Assembly (NCBI GenBank): GCA_003056165.1
Contig: LSNR01000014.1
Coordinates: 70,408 to 134,407 of the forward strand
Reading direction: 5' to 3'
Source: Parcubacteria group bacterium M6-OD1-3
GTDB taxonomy: Bacteria; Patescibacteriota; Minisyncoccia; Moranbacterales; UBA9337
DNA length: 64,000 nt
The translations under genes were made by a program, and so were the position numbers. Below are positions 8,664 to 19,768 of this stretch, in pieces. Under the pieces are notes generated by a model, which saw only the letters and a list, made by a program, of their open reading frames with translations, was not told where the DNA came from and made no database searches. Numbering within the stretch: position 1 is the stretch's first letter; each line of letters opens with the position of its first letter.

Positions 8664-9779
8664 ATGTTTAAGCTCTCCGGATTTAAAAAAAATTATTTTC
8701 TAGGCATTGATTTTGGTACTTCGTCAATTAAAATAGTGGAATTGGTTTATAAAAAAAGTGGTGTATATCTATCTAACTACGGTTGGGTTAACTTACCTGC
8801 AAATAACAAAGTTTCTAAATCTACTATGACGCAGGATGAAAGAGACAGGGAAGTTGAAAAAAATTTAAAAAAACTAATTGATAAAATGAGTATTGAGAGT
8901 AATTCAGCACATATTTCGATGGGTGCTTTCAAAGGTTTATCAACTTTAGTAGAAGTTTTCGGAGCGACGGAGGATAATATGGGAGATATTGTTAAAGCAG
9001 AGGCCAATAAATATATCCCAGTATCTTTGGATGAGGTTTATTTAAGCTGGGATATAGTATCTAAGCAAAAAAAGAAAAGTGTTTTAACAAAAATAAAAGA
9101 AAGTGAATCTGATAGATTAGAGCAGAAGAATAAATCCAGTCAAGTTTTGCTTGTTGCAGCACCAAAAGAAGATGTTCGCAGGTATGAAAAAATAGTTGAT
9201 AATGTAGGGCTGGAGGTGGATTCGTTAGAGTTGGATATATTTTCGGTGGTGAGATCATTGATTGGTGATGACTTAGGAACATTTTTGATAATTGATATGG
9301 GTGCAAAGATAACTAATATTATATTGGTCAAGAGAGGGATAATTACTATTAATAGGAATATTAATGTTGGCGGAGATGAAATAACTAAAAATATAATGTC
9401 TAATTTAAATGTTTCATGGTCTCGTGCAGAAGATTTTAAAAAAAGAAATGATTATCTTTCCGGTGAAGGAAAAATGATGATTGATCCAGTAGTAAATATT
9501 GTAACAAAAGAAGCTAAGCGGATTATAGAACTGGGTATCAATAATAATGAAAAAAACAAAATTGATAGTATCCTGATTACTGGAGGTGGAGTTGATATTG
9601 TTGGGATAAGTAATATTTTTTCTGACAAATTGGGCATTAAAGCGACAATGAGTGATCCTTGGAAAAAAATTATAATTGAAAATAATAAATTGAAAAATAA
9701 AAATACAAATATTTTAGCTATGTTATCTGTGGCTACGGGATTAGCACTTAAAGGTGTCGGAAGTTATAAGCGTAATTAA
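8664..9779 (+). CDS. pilM: Type IV pilus assembly protein PilM (actin-like ATPase fold)
   Basis: FLGIDFGTSSIKIVEL at the N-terminus, a 371-aa length typical of PilM, and pilN/O-like genes immediately downstream. Confidence 0.8.
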   Translation: MFKLSGFKKNYFLGIDFGTSSIKIVELVYKKSGVYLSNYGWVNLPANNKVSKSTMTQDERDREVEKNLKKLIDKMSIESNSAHISMGAFKGLSTLVEVFGATEDNMGDIVKAEANKYIPVSLDEVYLSWDIVSKQKKKSVLTKIKESESDRLEQKNKSSQVLLVAAPKEDVRRYEKIVDNVGLEVDSLELDIFSVVRSLIGDDLGTFLIIDMGAKITNIILVKRGIITINRNINVGGDEITKNIMSNLNVSWSRAEDFKKRNDYLSGEGKMMIDPVVNIVTKEAKRIIELGINNNEKNKIDSILITGGGVDIVGISNIFSDKLGIKATMSDPWKKIIIENNKLKNKNTNILAMLSVATGLALKGVGSYKRN

Positions 9780-9866
9780 TTTTGTGTTAAAATAAATTTG
9801 TGCTATAATTTAATGAGTTATCAGGTAATAAAATTTTTCATATAAATAACAATAAAAATAAAAAAA

Positions 9867-10421
9867 ATGATTGATATAAATCTTCATAAAGCATCAGAAA
9901 ATGACTTAAAAATAAGTCGAAGAAAAAGTATTTTTAGAAGTGGATTTTTCCTATCAGTTGCTCTGCTAGCCGTTGTTTCGGTTATTTTCGGGATAACTAA
10001 ATTGTATCAGAACAATTTAATAAACAAAAAGAATTCATTGGTTCAACTGAGAGCGGATAAGTTGAATTCCTTTGATAATAATACTGTTAATAATTTGGTT
10101 AACTTTAAAAGAAGATTAGATGGAGTTTCATTTAATTTGCAAAATAAAGATAATCCTGGTGAGGTATTAAATAGCGTGGAAAACCTAATAGTTAAGGGTG
10201 CCTCTCTTAATGATTTAGACTATGACATTATGAATAATAGTCTAAAAATGGAAGTTGTTGCAGATAGTTTTAGGTTAGCTTCAAATCAAATGCTTAGTTT
10301 GAAGAAAAGTGACTTATTCAGGGATGTTTTAATTGACGATTCTTATAGAAATGAGGCTGGACAGGCTGTCTTTACTCTAACGGGTGTACTAAAAAATGAA
10401 ACAAAAATAAATAAAAGATAA
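9867..10421 (+). CDS. pilN: PilN-like pilus assembly protein (single N-terminal TM)
   Basis: 184 aa with a basic N-terminus and one TM helix (FFLSVALLAVVSVIFGI). Its position after pilM supports the call. Confidence 0.5.
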   Translation: MIDINLHKASENDLKISRRKSIFRSGFFLSVALLAVVSVIFGITKLYQNNLINKKNSLVQLRADKLNSFDNNTVNNLVNFKRRLDGVSFNLQNKDNPGEVLNSVENLIVKGASLNDLDYDIMNNSLKMEVVADSFRLASNQMLSLKKSDLFRDVLIDDSYRNEAGQAVFTLTGVLKNETKINKR

Positions 10422-10469
10422 TAAATATAAAAAGACTTTTTTATAAAAGTCCTAAAAATAATTAAAAAT

Positions 10470-11321
10470 ATGAAATTAAAATTTTTATTGATGCCTATTG
10501 CAGTGATATCTTCTATAATAATTATTATTTGGTATATTTGGCCAATGTGGTTTGATGATAAGCTAGATGATAGTATTACTTCCATAAACAAAAATATTAA
10601 ATCAGTTCAGGCTGAGATTAATAAAATAGAACAAAGAAAAACAAATATTATATCTCTTGACGAATCTTTGCAAAGTCAAGGAGAGGATAAAAACTTAGTA
10701 GAGAATTATTATCCAGAAATACGCAAGGAGGAGGATGTTATAAATAAAATAAATCAGATTGCTTTTTCTACTGGGGTATATATATCTGAAATGAATATTG
10801 ATTATGGTGACGATATTTCTAAAGAAAAAATGAATAAATTCTTAGCTATACCTAAGTATGTGCCTATTCCAGAAATAGTTCCAAAAAATTCAACAAAAAC
10901 TGCGTCAAGTACACCAGCGAGCATATCTGCTAAGAAAGATGTTTTGTCGAAGCTGGTAGCTGTTAATTTGAAGATATATGGAAATTATGATCAAATAAAA
11001 AGTTTTCTTAATACGCTTTACCCGATTGGGTTATTGAGCAATATAGAATCATTTGAAATCAAGAAGGACGCTAATGAGCAGAAGAAGGCGGAAGGTGATA
11101 GTGATAAAAATTCATCAACTTTATTAACTAGTAATATAACCATAAATTTTGGTTATTTAAAAAAAGGAAATTCCAAACTTGCTGAATTATTAGAATCACC
11201 AACAATGGAAGTTAAACAATTCGATTTTAATATTATTGATAAATTTAGAGATTTATTACTTGAGAAATATTCTAATAGTGAAATAGGTGAAACGGGAGAA
11301 TCTAATCCATTTTTTCCATAG
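10470..11321 (+). CDS. pilO: PilO-like pilus assembly protein (TM plus coiled coil)
   Basis: N-terminal TM helix followed by a coiled-coil (IKSVQAEINKIEQRK…), sitting between pilN and pilB. Confidence 0.45.
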   Translation: MKLKFLLMPIAVISSIIIIIWYIWPMWFDDKLDDSITSINKNIKSVQAEINKIEQRKTNIISLDESLQSQGEDKNLVENYYPEIRKEEDVINKINQIAFSTGVYISEMNIDYGDDISKEKMNKFLAIPKYVPIPEIVPKNSTKTASSTPASISAKKDVLSKLVAVNLKIYGNYDQIKSFLNTLYPIGLLSNIESFEIKKDANEQKKAEGDSDKNSSTLLTSNITINFGYLKKGNSKLAELLESPTMEVKQFDFNIIDKFRDLLLEKYSNSEIGETGESNPFFP

Positions 11322-11565
11322 AGAGTAACTTAGTTTGTAGTAATGATTGGTCTACTTTTTGAATGTCAAAAAAATGTTTTATTTGTAATAAAAGTGAAAT
11401 AGACTATGTATTTTCAAAAAATATTTTTTAATTCTCGGAGAGATATATATTAAATTAACATAGTATATTATGTAATATTTTCTAAATCCGTTTTAATTTT
11501 TCTGCGATTCAAAATAATAAATAGTTATAAAAGTAGGGACTTAAATTGGCTATCAATACAAAAAA

Positions 11566-13242
11566 ATGCCTGAAAATAAAAATCAAAAATCAAAAAATCA
11601 ATTAATAAAAGTTGCAAAGAAATTGGGAATAAAAGCTTTAGGAAGTGCTCCAAAGAACATAGATAAGAAAAGTATTGAAATTATTCCAGAAAAAATAGGA
11701 TTGAAATATAAAATGTTAGCATTCGATAAATCTGGTAAAACTGTTAGCGTCGCAATGACTGATCCACAAGATATAGAAGCAAGAAATGTTCTAACTTTTT
11801 TGGCAGAAAGAAATAAAGTAACATTTGATATTTATATTACTTCGGAAGCTGTGATGAGAGAGATTATTAGCAAATATCATTCTGCCGAAAAGGCGGTAAA
11901 AGAAGTGATGGCTTCTTTTGAAGATACTACAAATAAGGCAAACAAAACAGAAAGTAAGAAAAAAAGACAGGCTAGGCAAATGATGATTCAAGATGCTCCT
12001 GTTTCTAAATTGGTTCAAGTTATTATCAATCATGCTATTGAGGGTGGTGCCAGTGATATTCATATTGAGCCGATGGGTGATGAATACAGAGTTAGGTTTA
12101 GAGTTGATGGATTATTGCATGCATCACTAGTATTGCCAAAGAGTGTTGGAATGGCAACAATCTCACATATTAAAATATTATCTAACTTAAAAATAGATGA
12201 GACTAGAAAACCTCAAGATGGTAGGTTTAAAAGTGAGCGGGGAAAAATTATCACAAAGGAAGATGTCGATTTTCGAGTGTCGACATTACCAGTAATATCT
12301 GGCGAAAAGGTGGTGATGCGAGTATTGACTAAGGATGATAGAGTTTTTAATTTAAAAAAATTAGGTTTGTTAGGGAAGAATTACGATATTTTAAATAAAA
12401 AAATAAAAGAAACTAGCGGTATAATTTTATTGACTGGTCCTACTGGATCAGGAAAATCAACAACACTATATTCTTTTCTAAAAATTATCAATATTGAAGA
12501 GAGAAATATTGTTACGCTTGAAGACCCAGTGGAATATTCTTTAGATGGAATAAATCAAAGCCAAATAAATCCAGCGATAGGTTATACTTTTGCCAATGGT
12601 TTGCGTTCTATCCTCAGACAAGATCCAAATGTTATAATGATTGGGGAGATTCGTGATGGGGAAACTGCTGAATTAGCAATTCATGCTGCTTTGACTGGAC
12701 ATCTTGTTTTTTCTACTCTGCATACAAATAGCGCTATTAGTGCTATCCCAAGATTGATTGATATGGGATTGGAGCCATTTCTATTATCTTCTTCCTTGAA
12801 CGCAGTAGCTGCGCAGAGATTAGTAAGAAGATTATGTGATAGTTGTAAAACAGAAATTAAATTACCAGATGCCATTTATGAAGAAATAAAAAATTCTCTC
12901 AAAAATGTGAGCGAAGAAGAAATAAAAAAATATGGTTTAAAATCACTAGATTTGGAAAATATGAAATTCTATAAAAGTGTTGGCTGTGAGGAATGTGGCG
13001 GGGTTGGATATAAAGGAAGAGTCGCAATATATGAGTGTGTTGATGTTAATAATGATTTACGAGAAGTAATCATAGAAAAAGATGAACTGTTGCTGAAGAG
13101 GACTGCCAATAAACAACATTTATTAAATATGCGACAAGATGGCTTATTAAAATCTTTGCTAGGGTTAACTTCAGTATCTGAGGTAGAAAGAATGACGGAA
13201 GGAAGTTTGACTGTGGGTGAATTAGATGATGACAAAGGATAA
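11566..13242 (+). CDS. pilB: Type IV pilus assembly (extension) ATPase PilB/GspE family
   Basis: Walker A GPTGSGKST, a tetracysteine Zn motif (CDSCK…CEECGGVGYKGR), and a GspE N-domain. Length 558 aa. Confidence 0.9.
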   Translation: MPENKNQKSKNQLIKVAKKLGIKALGSAPKNIDKKSIEIIPEKIGLKYKMLAFDKSGKTVSVAMTDPQDIEARNVLTFLAERNKVTFDIYITSEAVMREIISKYHSAEKAVKEVMASFEDTTNKANKTESKKKRQARQMMIQDAPVSKLVQVIINHAIEGGASDIHIEPMGDEYRVRFRVDGLLHASLVLPKSVGMATISHIKILSNLKIDETRKPQDGRFKSERGKIITKEDVDFRVSTLPVISGEKVVMRVLTKDDRVFNLKKLGLLGKNYDILNKKIKETSGIILLTGPTGSGKSTTLYSFLKIINIEERNIVTLEDPVEYSLDGINQSQINPAIGYTFANGLRSILRQDPNVIMIGEIRDGETAELAIHAALTGHLVFSTLHTNSAISAIPRLIDMGLEPFLLSSSLNAVAAQRLVRRLCDSCKTEIKLPDAIYEEIKNSLKNVSEEEIKKYGLKSLDLENMKFYKSVGCEECGGVGYKGRVAIYECVDVNNDLREVIIEKDELLLKRTANKQHLLNMRQDGLLKSLLGLTSVSEVERMTEGSLTVGELDDDKG

Positions 13243-13307
13243 TATAAATAATCTGTTGGAATATAATAAATATAATAAATAAATATAATAAATATTTAGA
13301 TAAATAT

Positions 13308-13787
13308 ATGAGTGAAATTAAAGTCAATATTGAAAATGAGGATGAAGACAATAAATCTAATGAATTTAGTAATAGCGATAAAGATAGTAGAAATAATTCG
13401 GAAAAAAATAAAGTAACTATCTTATTAGCAGAAGATGATGAATTCATTAGAGATATTTATAATCGTATTTTTAAGATGAATGGGTATGAAGTTGTGTTAG
13501 CAACCAATGGCTTGGAAGCAATGAAGAAAATGGAAAAAATAACGCCTGATTTAATATTATTGGATGTTATGATGCCTTATCAAAATGGTAAAGAAGTTTT
13601 TAAAAAAATTAAAAAAGATGATCGATTAAAAAATATTCCCGTAGTTTTTTTGACGAATGTTTCCGCCGAAGATGATATAGAAAAAGAATTGCTGGAGCAG
13701 GCCGATAAATATTTAATTAAAGCGCATTTTACGCCCAAAGAAGTTGTGGCGGAAGTTGCTCTTTTGTTGAAAAATAAAAATGAATAA
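13308..13787 (+). CDS. Single-domain response regulator (CheY-like receiver, PilH/PilG-like) with an acidic N-terminal extension
   Basis: VTILLAEDDEFIRD…LILLDVMMPYQNGKEV…KNIPVVFLTNVS matches the receiver-domain signature, with D and K at the expected positions. It lies between pilB and pilT and overlaps the pilT start by 8 nt. Confidence 0.85.
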   Translation: MSEIKVNIENEDEDNKSNEFSNSDKDSRNNSEKNKVTILLAEDDEFIRDIYNRIFKMNGYEVVLATNGLEAMKKMEKITPDLILLDVMMPYQNGKEVFKKIKKDDRLKNIPVVFLTNVSAEDDIEKELLEQADKYLIKAHFTPKEVVAEVALLLKNKNE

Positions 13788-14862
13788 TACATTGCGCGTC
13801 GGACAAAAATTAAAAAGTTATCTGTTAATAGTGGCTCAACAAAATGCTTCGGATTTACATCTAGTTGTAGGTCGACATCCTACCATTAGAGTTGATGGAA
13901 GACTAATTCCCCTTGCTGAAGAAGAGATTTTAACTCCAGAAAAAACGAAAGAATTTAGTAAAATATTGTTAACAGAAAACAATGAGCGAGAAATGTTGGA
14001 AAAGGGACAAATAAATTTTTCTTATGATTTTGAAGGTAAAGCCAGATTTAGAACTAGTGTTTATTTTCAGCAAGGAAACTTGAGTATAGCAATGCGATTG
14101 ATTCAAAATAAAATAAGAACTCTCGAGGAATTGGATGTTACTACGAACTTGTATGATTTTGCAAAATATTCGCAGGGACTTGTTTTAATTACTGGACCAG
14201 TTGGACATGGAAAATCAACAACTTTAGCTGCAATAGTAGAACACATTAATCACAATTATGATAAGCATATACTTACTATCGAAGACCCTATTGAATATGT
14301 CTACCAACAAGATCGTTGTATTATTAACCAGAGAGAGATCGGTCGAGATGTCAAAAGCTTCCCTTCTGCATTAAGGGGTGTCTTCAGAGAAGATGTGAAT
14401 GTTGTTCTTATCGGAGAAATGCGAGACTTAGATACAATTAGTACAACAATGACTGCAGCTGAAACCGGACATTTAATTTTTGCTACATTGCATACTAATA
14501 ATAGCGCACAAACAGTAGACAGAATTGTTGATGTTTTCCCATCACATCAGCAAAATCAAATTAGGTCTCAACTAGCGAATGTTTTATTAGGAGTTTTGTC
14601 TCAAAGGTTGGTTCCGCGGATAGGTGGAGGAAGGGTTCCAGCAGTAGAGATTATGTTAAAAAATCATGCTGTAGGAAATCTCATTAGAGATAATAGATCT
14701 TATCAGATAGATTCAGTGATAGAGACGAGTCTTAAAGAGGGGATGGTTTCTCTAGACAGATCATTGGGGGAATTGGTAAAAAATGGTATAATTTCTATAG
14801 ATGATGCCTTTGCTTACACTGGTAACAAAGAATATTTGAAGACAATAATAAAAAATAAATAA
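13780..14862 (+). CDS. pilT: Twitching-motility (retraction) ATPase PilT
   Basis: Walker A GPVGHGKST and a 360-aa length; PilT/PilU family pattern. Confidence 0.9.
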   Translation: MNNTLRVGQKLKSYLLIVAQQNASDLHLVVGRHPTIRVDGRLIPLAEEEILTPEKTKEFSKILLTENNEREMLEKGQINFSYDFEGKARFRTSVYFQQGNLSIAMRLIQNKIRTLEELDVTTNLYDFAKYSQGLVLITGPVGHGKSTTLAAIVEHINHNYDKHILTIEDPIEYVYQQDRCIINQREIGRDVKSFPSALRGVFREDVNVVLIGEMRDLDTISTTMTAAETGHLIFATLHTNNSAQTVDRIVDVFPSHQQNQIRSQLANVLLGVLSQRLVPRIGGGRVPAVEIMLKNHAVGNLIRDNRSYQIDSVIETSLKEGMVSLDRSLGELVKNGIISIDDAFAYTGNKEYLKTIIKNK

Positions 14863-14897
14863 ATTAATAGATAACGGTAAATAGTTATAATAATATT

Positions 14898-16106
14898 ATG
14901 AGATTCAAATTTAAGGCAAAAGATAAAAAAAATAAAATACAAAGTGGCGTAGTAGATGCAATAAGTAAAGAATTAGCTGTCCAAGTCTTACAAGAAAATG
15001 ATTTGAATGCTATCCTAATTGAAAGAGAAACAGGCGATTCTCCGTTGAGTCAATATTTGCATAAGTCTTGGGAAAAGGTAGGTAAAAAAGATTTGTTAGT
15101 ATTTTTTCGACAATTTCATGCTTTAATATCTTCTAAAGTGCCTGTTGTTTATTCTCTTCGGGCAATTGGTGACCAAACTGAACACAAATATTTAAGTAGT
15201 CTAATTAAGGATATTGCTAATGATGTTGAGGATGGTACAACTTTTTCAGAAGCATTGGGAAGATATCCAGATGTTTTTCCTAAAGTTGTAACTAGCGTTA
15301 TTAATGCTGGAGAGGTTTCTGGTAATTTAGAGGAGGCTATCAAACATGTTGCAGAAAGTACAGAAAAAAATTATCGCATTACTGCTAAGATAAGGGGAGC
15401 GTTGATTTATCCGGCTTTTATTCTGACAGCAGCTTTGATTGTCGGGTTTTTGAGTGTTGTAATTATTGTGCCAAAATTAACTTTGATCATTAAAGATCTG
15501 AATGCAGAAGTTCCATGGTATACGCATATGGTGATAGGCATCGGAGATTTTATGCAGGCTTATTGGTGGGCAGTATTAGTGGTAATTTTTGGTTTTATAA
15601 TTGCTGTTGCTTATTATGTTAAAACAGAAGCTGGTCATAAGGAATGGGATAAAATACAATTAGAATTGCCAATTATTGGAAAATTGTTTCGGTATCTTTA
15701 TTTGACAAAATTTGCTAATAACTTTGTAGTGATTTTAGATGGTGGTGTGCCAATAGTTCAATCACTTAATATCGTTGCAGAAGTAGTTAATAATAGTATT
15801 TATCAAGGAATAATACTTCGTTGTGCTGATGAAGTTAAAACCGGAGGAAATATTAGTACAGTGCTTGCTCAATCAGATTATATTCCTGGCATTGTTACGA
15901 AAATGGTAATAGTAGGTGAGAAAACTGGAAAAATTAGTGAATCATTAGGTAGTGTGGGAAATTTTTATGAACAAGAAATGGATGAGATGATTAAAAATTT
16001 ATCGGTTTTAATTGAGCCAGTTTTAATTGTTGGATTGGGATTAGGTGTGGCGTTTTTAGCATTTTCGATTATTTTGCCGATTTATAATGTAGTGCAGAAT
16101 TTCTAA
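14898..16106 (+). CDS. pilC: Type IV pilus inner-membrane platform protein PilC/GspF
   Basis: 402 aa with two GspF repeats and three TM segments. Confidence 0.88.
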   Translation: MRFKFKAKDKKNKIQSGVVDAISKELAVQVLQENDLNAILIERETGDSPLSQYLHKSWEKVGKKDLLVFFRQFHALISSKVPVVYSLRAIGDQTEHKYLSSLIKDIANDVEDGTTFSEALGRYPDVFPKVVTSVINAGEVSGNLEEAIKHVAESTEKNYRITAKIRGALIYPAFILTAALIVGFLSVVIIVPKLTLIIKDLNAEVPWYTHMVIGIGDFMQAYWWAVLVVIFGFIIAVAYYVKTEAGHKEWDKIQLELPIIGKLFRYLYLTKFANNFVVILDGGVPIVQSLNIVAEVVNNSIYQGIILRCADEVKTGGNISTVLAQSDYIPGIVTKMVIVGEKTGKISESLGSVGNFYEQEMDEMIKNLSVLIEPVLIVGLGLGVAFLAFSIILPIYNVVQNF

Positions 16107-16259
16107 TTGTGTATAATGTTGATTGGCAATAACGTATTTTTCTGTCATAATTGAGTTGTTAAAGATAGCCGAAAGAATATTAGGAGTAATGTTTTGAATT
16201 TAATAAAAAGAAGTAAATATGAAAATGAAAAATAAAAAAGAGAAGGGGGGTGAAATGGA

Positions 16260-16661
16260 ATGAAAAAATCAAATAAGAAATTGTCCGGTTTCACCTTGAT
16301 TGAGCTTTTGATTGTTATTGCAATCATTGGTATTCTAGCCTCCATTGTATTGGTGAGTTTGAATAGTGCAAGACAGAAAGCGAAAGATTCTGGTGTTATG
16401 GCATCTGTTAGTTCTACCGTACCTGCTGCTGTAATTTGTATGGACGATGGAATTGCATTAACTTCTCCCGCAGGAACTGGAGCAACACCTGTTTGTACAG
16501 GATCAGATAGCAACTGGCCTGACATTACCAATTCTGACGCAAGTGCATCATGGGGCGGTTGTTCTAATGACTTGACGACTAGTGATGGAACATTTCAATA
16601 TTGTGCAACTGATGGATCAAGTAATGTTATAACCTGTACCCAAAATGGCTGTACTAAATAA
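16260..16661 (+). CDS. Type IV (major) pilin, prepilin with class III signal peptide
   Basis: …KKLSG|[20 protein letters not shown]… shows a canonical G/FTLIE cleavage-site motif with E at +5. The C-terminus is Cys-containing. Confidence 0.85.
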   Translation: MKKSNKKLSGFTLIELLIVIAIIGILASIVLVSLNSARQKAKDSGVMASVSSTVPAAVICMDDGIALTSPAGTGATPVCTGSDSNWPDITNSDASASWGGCSNDLTTSDGTFQYCATDGSSNVITCTQNGCTK

Positions 16662-16841
16662 TATTTCAGAATTTTCTTTGGAGCTTGCTAATTTTGTTTT
16701 TGTATAATAATTTAAAATTGGCAAGCAAATAGAGAGTTTTATTTTTCGTGGTGCAATGTTTTATTTTTAATAATAACTAAAGTAAGGCAACAGATTGATT
16801 TGCAATATAGCTTAATTATTTACTGAATGAATGCAGTTTTT

Positions 16842-17261
16842 ATGTTAAAAATACAAAAAAACAACTCAGGATTTACATTAATTGAGCTTTTAATTGTTAT
16901 TGCGATTATTGGTATCTTAGCCTCGATTGTATTAATTAGTTTGAATAGTGCGAGACAAAAGGCAAAGGATGCTAATTTTAAAAGTTTGGCGTCTTCACTG
17001 AATTCCGCCATTATGATGTGTTGTAATTCTGGGGGGAATATCCAAACACTTGTTAGTGGGGCTATTTGTAATCCCTCTAGTGCTGGAGAAAATTATCCAA
17101 ATAGTGAAAATATAAACAGCATTGATATTAGTACTGGAACGAATAGTCAATGTAATAATCAAAATTATCAAGTAACAATTACTCCCGGAACGAAAAATCA
17201 TGGAAATTGTACTAATATTACACTTAATCAAACGGGAATTATTAATTATACCGGATGCTAA
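16842..17261 (+). CDS. Type IV pilin paralog (start most likely at [10 protein letters not shown]|FTLIELL; the track start at 16827 is also possible)
   Basis: The N-terminal ~35 residues are nearly identical to pilin 16260 ([34 protein letters not shown]), with synonymous DNA differences. The C-terminal domain is divergent and Cys-rich. Confidence 0.8.
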   Translation: MLKIQKNNSGFTLIELLIVIAIIGILASIVLISLNSARQKAKDANFKSLASSLNSAIMMCCNSGGNIQTLVSGAICNPSSAGENYPNSENINSIDISTGTNSQCNNQNYQVTITPGTKNHGNCTNITLNQTGIINYTGC

Positions 17262-17292
17262 ATATTAATAAATAAATTTCAAAGTAACTAAT

Positions 17293-18099
17293 TTGTTTAA
17301 ATATATGACACTAATATTTTTTATAGCAGGATTGATTATCGGAAGTTTTTTGAATGTAGTGGTCTATCGATTGCGATTGACTGAGACTATTTTAGGTCGT
17401 TCACATTGTCCACACTGTAAGGCAAAAATTAAATGGTATGATAATATTCCATTGCTTAGTTTTGTCTTACTTCGAGCAAAATGTCGAACTTGCAATGGTG
17501 TAATTTCTTGGCGATATCCATTGGTAGAACTTTTTACCGGAATTATTTTTGCTCTTGTCGGAAAATATTTTTTCGTTCTAGGGAATAACTTCTCTTATTG
17601 GCAAACTGGTTTTTATTTATTAATATTTTCTTTATTTTTAGTTTTATTGTCTTATGACTGGCAATTTATGGAGATGCCAGTGATAATCTTTTGGATTTTA
17701 TTGGGGGTTAGTGTGACTTATCTGATTTTTATCAGCCTTAATGAATATCTTATAGGGGTGGATTTTTATAGACTGAGTTTATTTTCTGGATTAATTGGTG
17801 GTGTTATATCTTGGACCTTTTTCTTTTTATTAGTATTTTTTTCTAAGGAAAAATGGATGGGTTGGGGAGATGTTTATGTAGGATTCTTAGCTGGTCTAAT
17901 TCTAGGTTGGCAGAATATTATGCTTGGATTATTATTATCATTTATGATTGGTTCAATCTGTGCTATAATAATTGTAGTACTCAAAAAGGGAACGATGAAA
18001 AGTCAAATTCCGTTCATTCCTTTTTTAGTTATGGGGACAATTATAACTGTGTTTATTAATCAAGCTTTTCCGGAAATAATTCGGTATTTGTATTTCTAA
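17293..18099 (+). CDS. pilD: Prepilin peptidase PilD (A24 family)
   Basis: Zn-binding CPHCKAKI…CRTCNG motif near the N-terminus and multiple TM helices. Confidence 0.85.
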   Translation: MFKYMTLIFFIAGLIIGSFLNVVVYRLRLTETILGRSHCPHCKAKIKWYDNIPLLSFVLLRAKCRTCNGVISWRYPLVELFTGIIFALVGKYFFVLGNNFSYWQTGFYLLIFSLFLVLLSYDWQFMEMPVIIFWILLGVSVTYLIFISLNEYLIGVDFYRLSLFSGLIGGVISWTFFFLLVFFSKEKWMGWGDVYVGFLAGLILGWQNIMLGLLLSFMIGSICAIIIVVLKKGTMKSQIPFIPFLVMGTIITVFINQAFPEIIRYLYF

Positions 18100-18100
18100 G

Positions 18101-18589
18101 ATGCTTAAAATTAAAAAAAAAATAAAATTAAAAAAAGGATTTACCCTAATGGAAGTGTTATTGGTTCTGGCAATTATTAGCATTATGACAGGTGCAGTCT
18201 TGTCTTATGTTGGTCAAAGTAATCATAATACAGAATTAGAAACAGTCGCTAATGAGATTGTAGCTTCTATTAGAAAAATTCAAAATTATTCTTTATCGGG
18301 CAAAGAAGTTACTCCTGGTTGTGCGAAATACAGATTTATTGCAGTTAGTGGAACAAATAGTTTTACAATTGATAATGGTGGCGGTGCGACTTGTTCTTTT
18401 AATGAAGTTCATCAACTTAAGAATGCTGTTACTTTTAGTAGTAATGTCAATTTAGAATTTAATGTTCCATTTGGTAATAGAAGTATAACTAATCCAGTTG
18501 ATATTACAATAACAAAAAATAGCAATAATAATTATCATATTTGTGTGACTGGTGTTGGAGTTATAACAATGCAAAAAGCATCCTGCTAA
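18101..18589 (+). CDS. Minor pilin / pseudopilin
   Basis: KKG|FTLMEVLLVLAIISIM prepilin N-terminus. Confidence 0.7.
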   Translation: MLKIKKKIKLKKGFTLMEVLLVLAIISIMTGAVLSYVGQSNHNTELETVANEIVASIRKIQNYSLSGKEVTPGCAKYRFIAVSGTNSFTIDNGGGATCSFNEVHQLKNAVTFSSNVNLEFNVPFGNRSITNPVDITITKNSNNNYHICVTGVGVITMQKASC

Positions 18590-18612
18590 GATTTTTTAAG
18601 ATATATAATAAA

Positions 18613-19170
18613 ATGATTAATCTACAAAATAATAAAAAAGAAAAAGGTTTTTCAATGGGTGAAGTGCTGATCTCAGTTTTTATTCTAGGAGTGACGATGG
18701 TAACTATTTTGCAGTTATTTGTTACTAGTTTAAAAAATTTTGCAGAAACAAGAGATAGTATTATTGCCTCAATGTTGGCTCAGGAGGGAATAGAATTGGT
18801 TAAAAATATTAGAGATAATAACTGGGTAAATGGGAATCTTACTTTTAATAACATAGAAAAAACGGACAATTATGCTTGTGCTATTGATATTGACAATATT
18901 TCTTGCGGGTCAGTAAACAGAGTTGATTGCAGATTTCCTGCTACAGCAGAGACTAATTGTTCATTGTATTTCAATAATAATAAATATACATATGCACATA
19001 ATACTGGAACAAAAACAAAATTCAAAAGAGAGGTAGAAATTAAGAGTAATCCTAGGATTATAACTAGTAAAGTTAGTTGGGCCCCTGGTAAAGTGCCAGG
19101 TACTTCAAACTGCAATATTACTAATAAATGTGTATTTTCGAGAACAATTTTGACAAAATGGGGAGAATAA
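18613..19170 (+). CDS. Minor pilin (PilV-like); start at the internal Met MINLQ…
   Basis: EKG|FSMGEVLISVFILGV prepilin motif. The track ORF 18541 begins upstream and overlaps the previous gene. Confidence 0.65.
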   Translation: MINLQNNKKEKGFSMGEVLISVFILGVTMVTILQLFVTSLKNFAETRDSIIASMLAQEGIELVKNIRDNNWVNGNLTFNNIEKTDNYACAIDIDNISCGSVNRVDCRFPATAETNCSLYFNNNKYTYAHNTGTKTKFKREVEIKSNPRIITSKVSWAPGKVPGTSNCNITNKCVFSRTILTKWGE

Positions 19171-19176
19171 AAACAT

Positions 19177-19752
19177 ATGAAAAATTTAATGCGAATACAA
19201 AAAGAAAAAAATAAATACACTAAGCGAAAAGCTTTTACGCTTGTAGAAGTTATTGTGGCGATGTTTATATTTGTTTTAGTCATATCTGGGTCAACAATTG
19301 TTTTTGCTAACACATTCAAAGCTTATCAATCTTCCAAACATATGCAAGAAAGTTTGGAAAATGCACAGTATGCATTAAGTTTATTGTCAAAAACATTTAG
19401 GACAAGTTCCGTAGTTGATGTCGCTGGAGATAAATCTAGCGTAACAGTATTTAATTATTCTCGTAATGAATGTGTGAAGTATAGTTTTTCTGGGGGAACT
19501 TTGCAGCAGGAGACGAGCGGAGCACTCGGAATATCTGCCTGTGCTGGGATGACATTTACCACAAACGATGTTATGACTAGTGGAAATGTAACTGGGAAAT
19601 TTTATGCTAGTAAAAGCGTCAAAAAAGGATCACCTGGTGCTAAGGTTGGTATGATAACTGTGACTATGACTATTATTTCAGGTAATAGTAAAATCAATAT
19701 TCAAACATCATCTTCACTTAGGGATTATGGTGTATCGGATATTACATTATAA
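19177..19752 (+). CDS. Minor pilin (PilW/GspJ-like)
   Basis: KRKA|FTLVEVIVAMFIFVL prepilin motif. Confidence 0.65.
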   Translation: MKNLMRIQKEKNKYTKRKAFTLVEVIVAMFIFVLVISGSTIVFANTFKAYQSSKHMQESLENAQYALSLLSKTFRTSSVVDVAGDKSSVTVFNYSRNECVKYSFSGGTLQQETSGALGISACAGMTFTTNDVMTSGNVTGKFYASKSVKKGSPGAKVGMITVTMTIISGNSKINIQTSSSLRDYGVSDITL

Positions 19753-19768
19753 ATAATATCGAAAATTT

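Noticed and set aside
16145-17231. Minus-strand ORFs overlapping the pilin genes (16145-16531, 16820-17011, 16995-17231)
   Set aside because: They are antisense to strongly supported pilin genes with canonical prepilin motifs, so they are reading-frame shadows.
17853-18059. Internal 68-aa ORF within pilD
   Set aside because: It is an alternative frame inside the well-supported prepilin peptidase gene.
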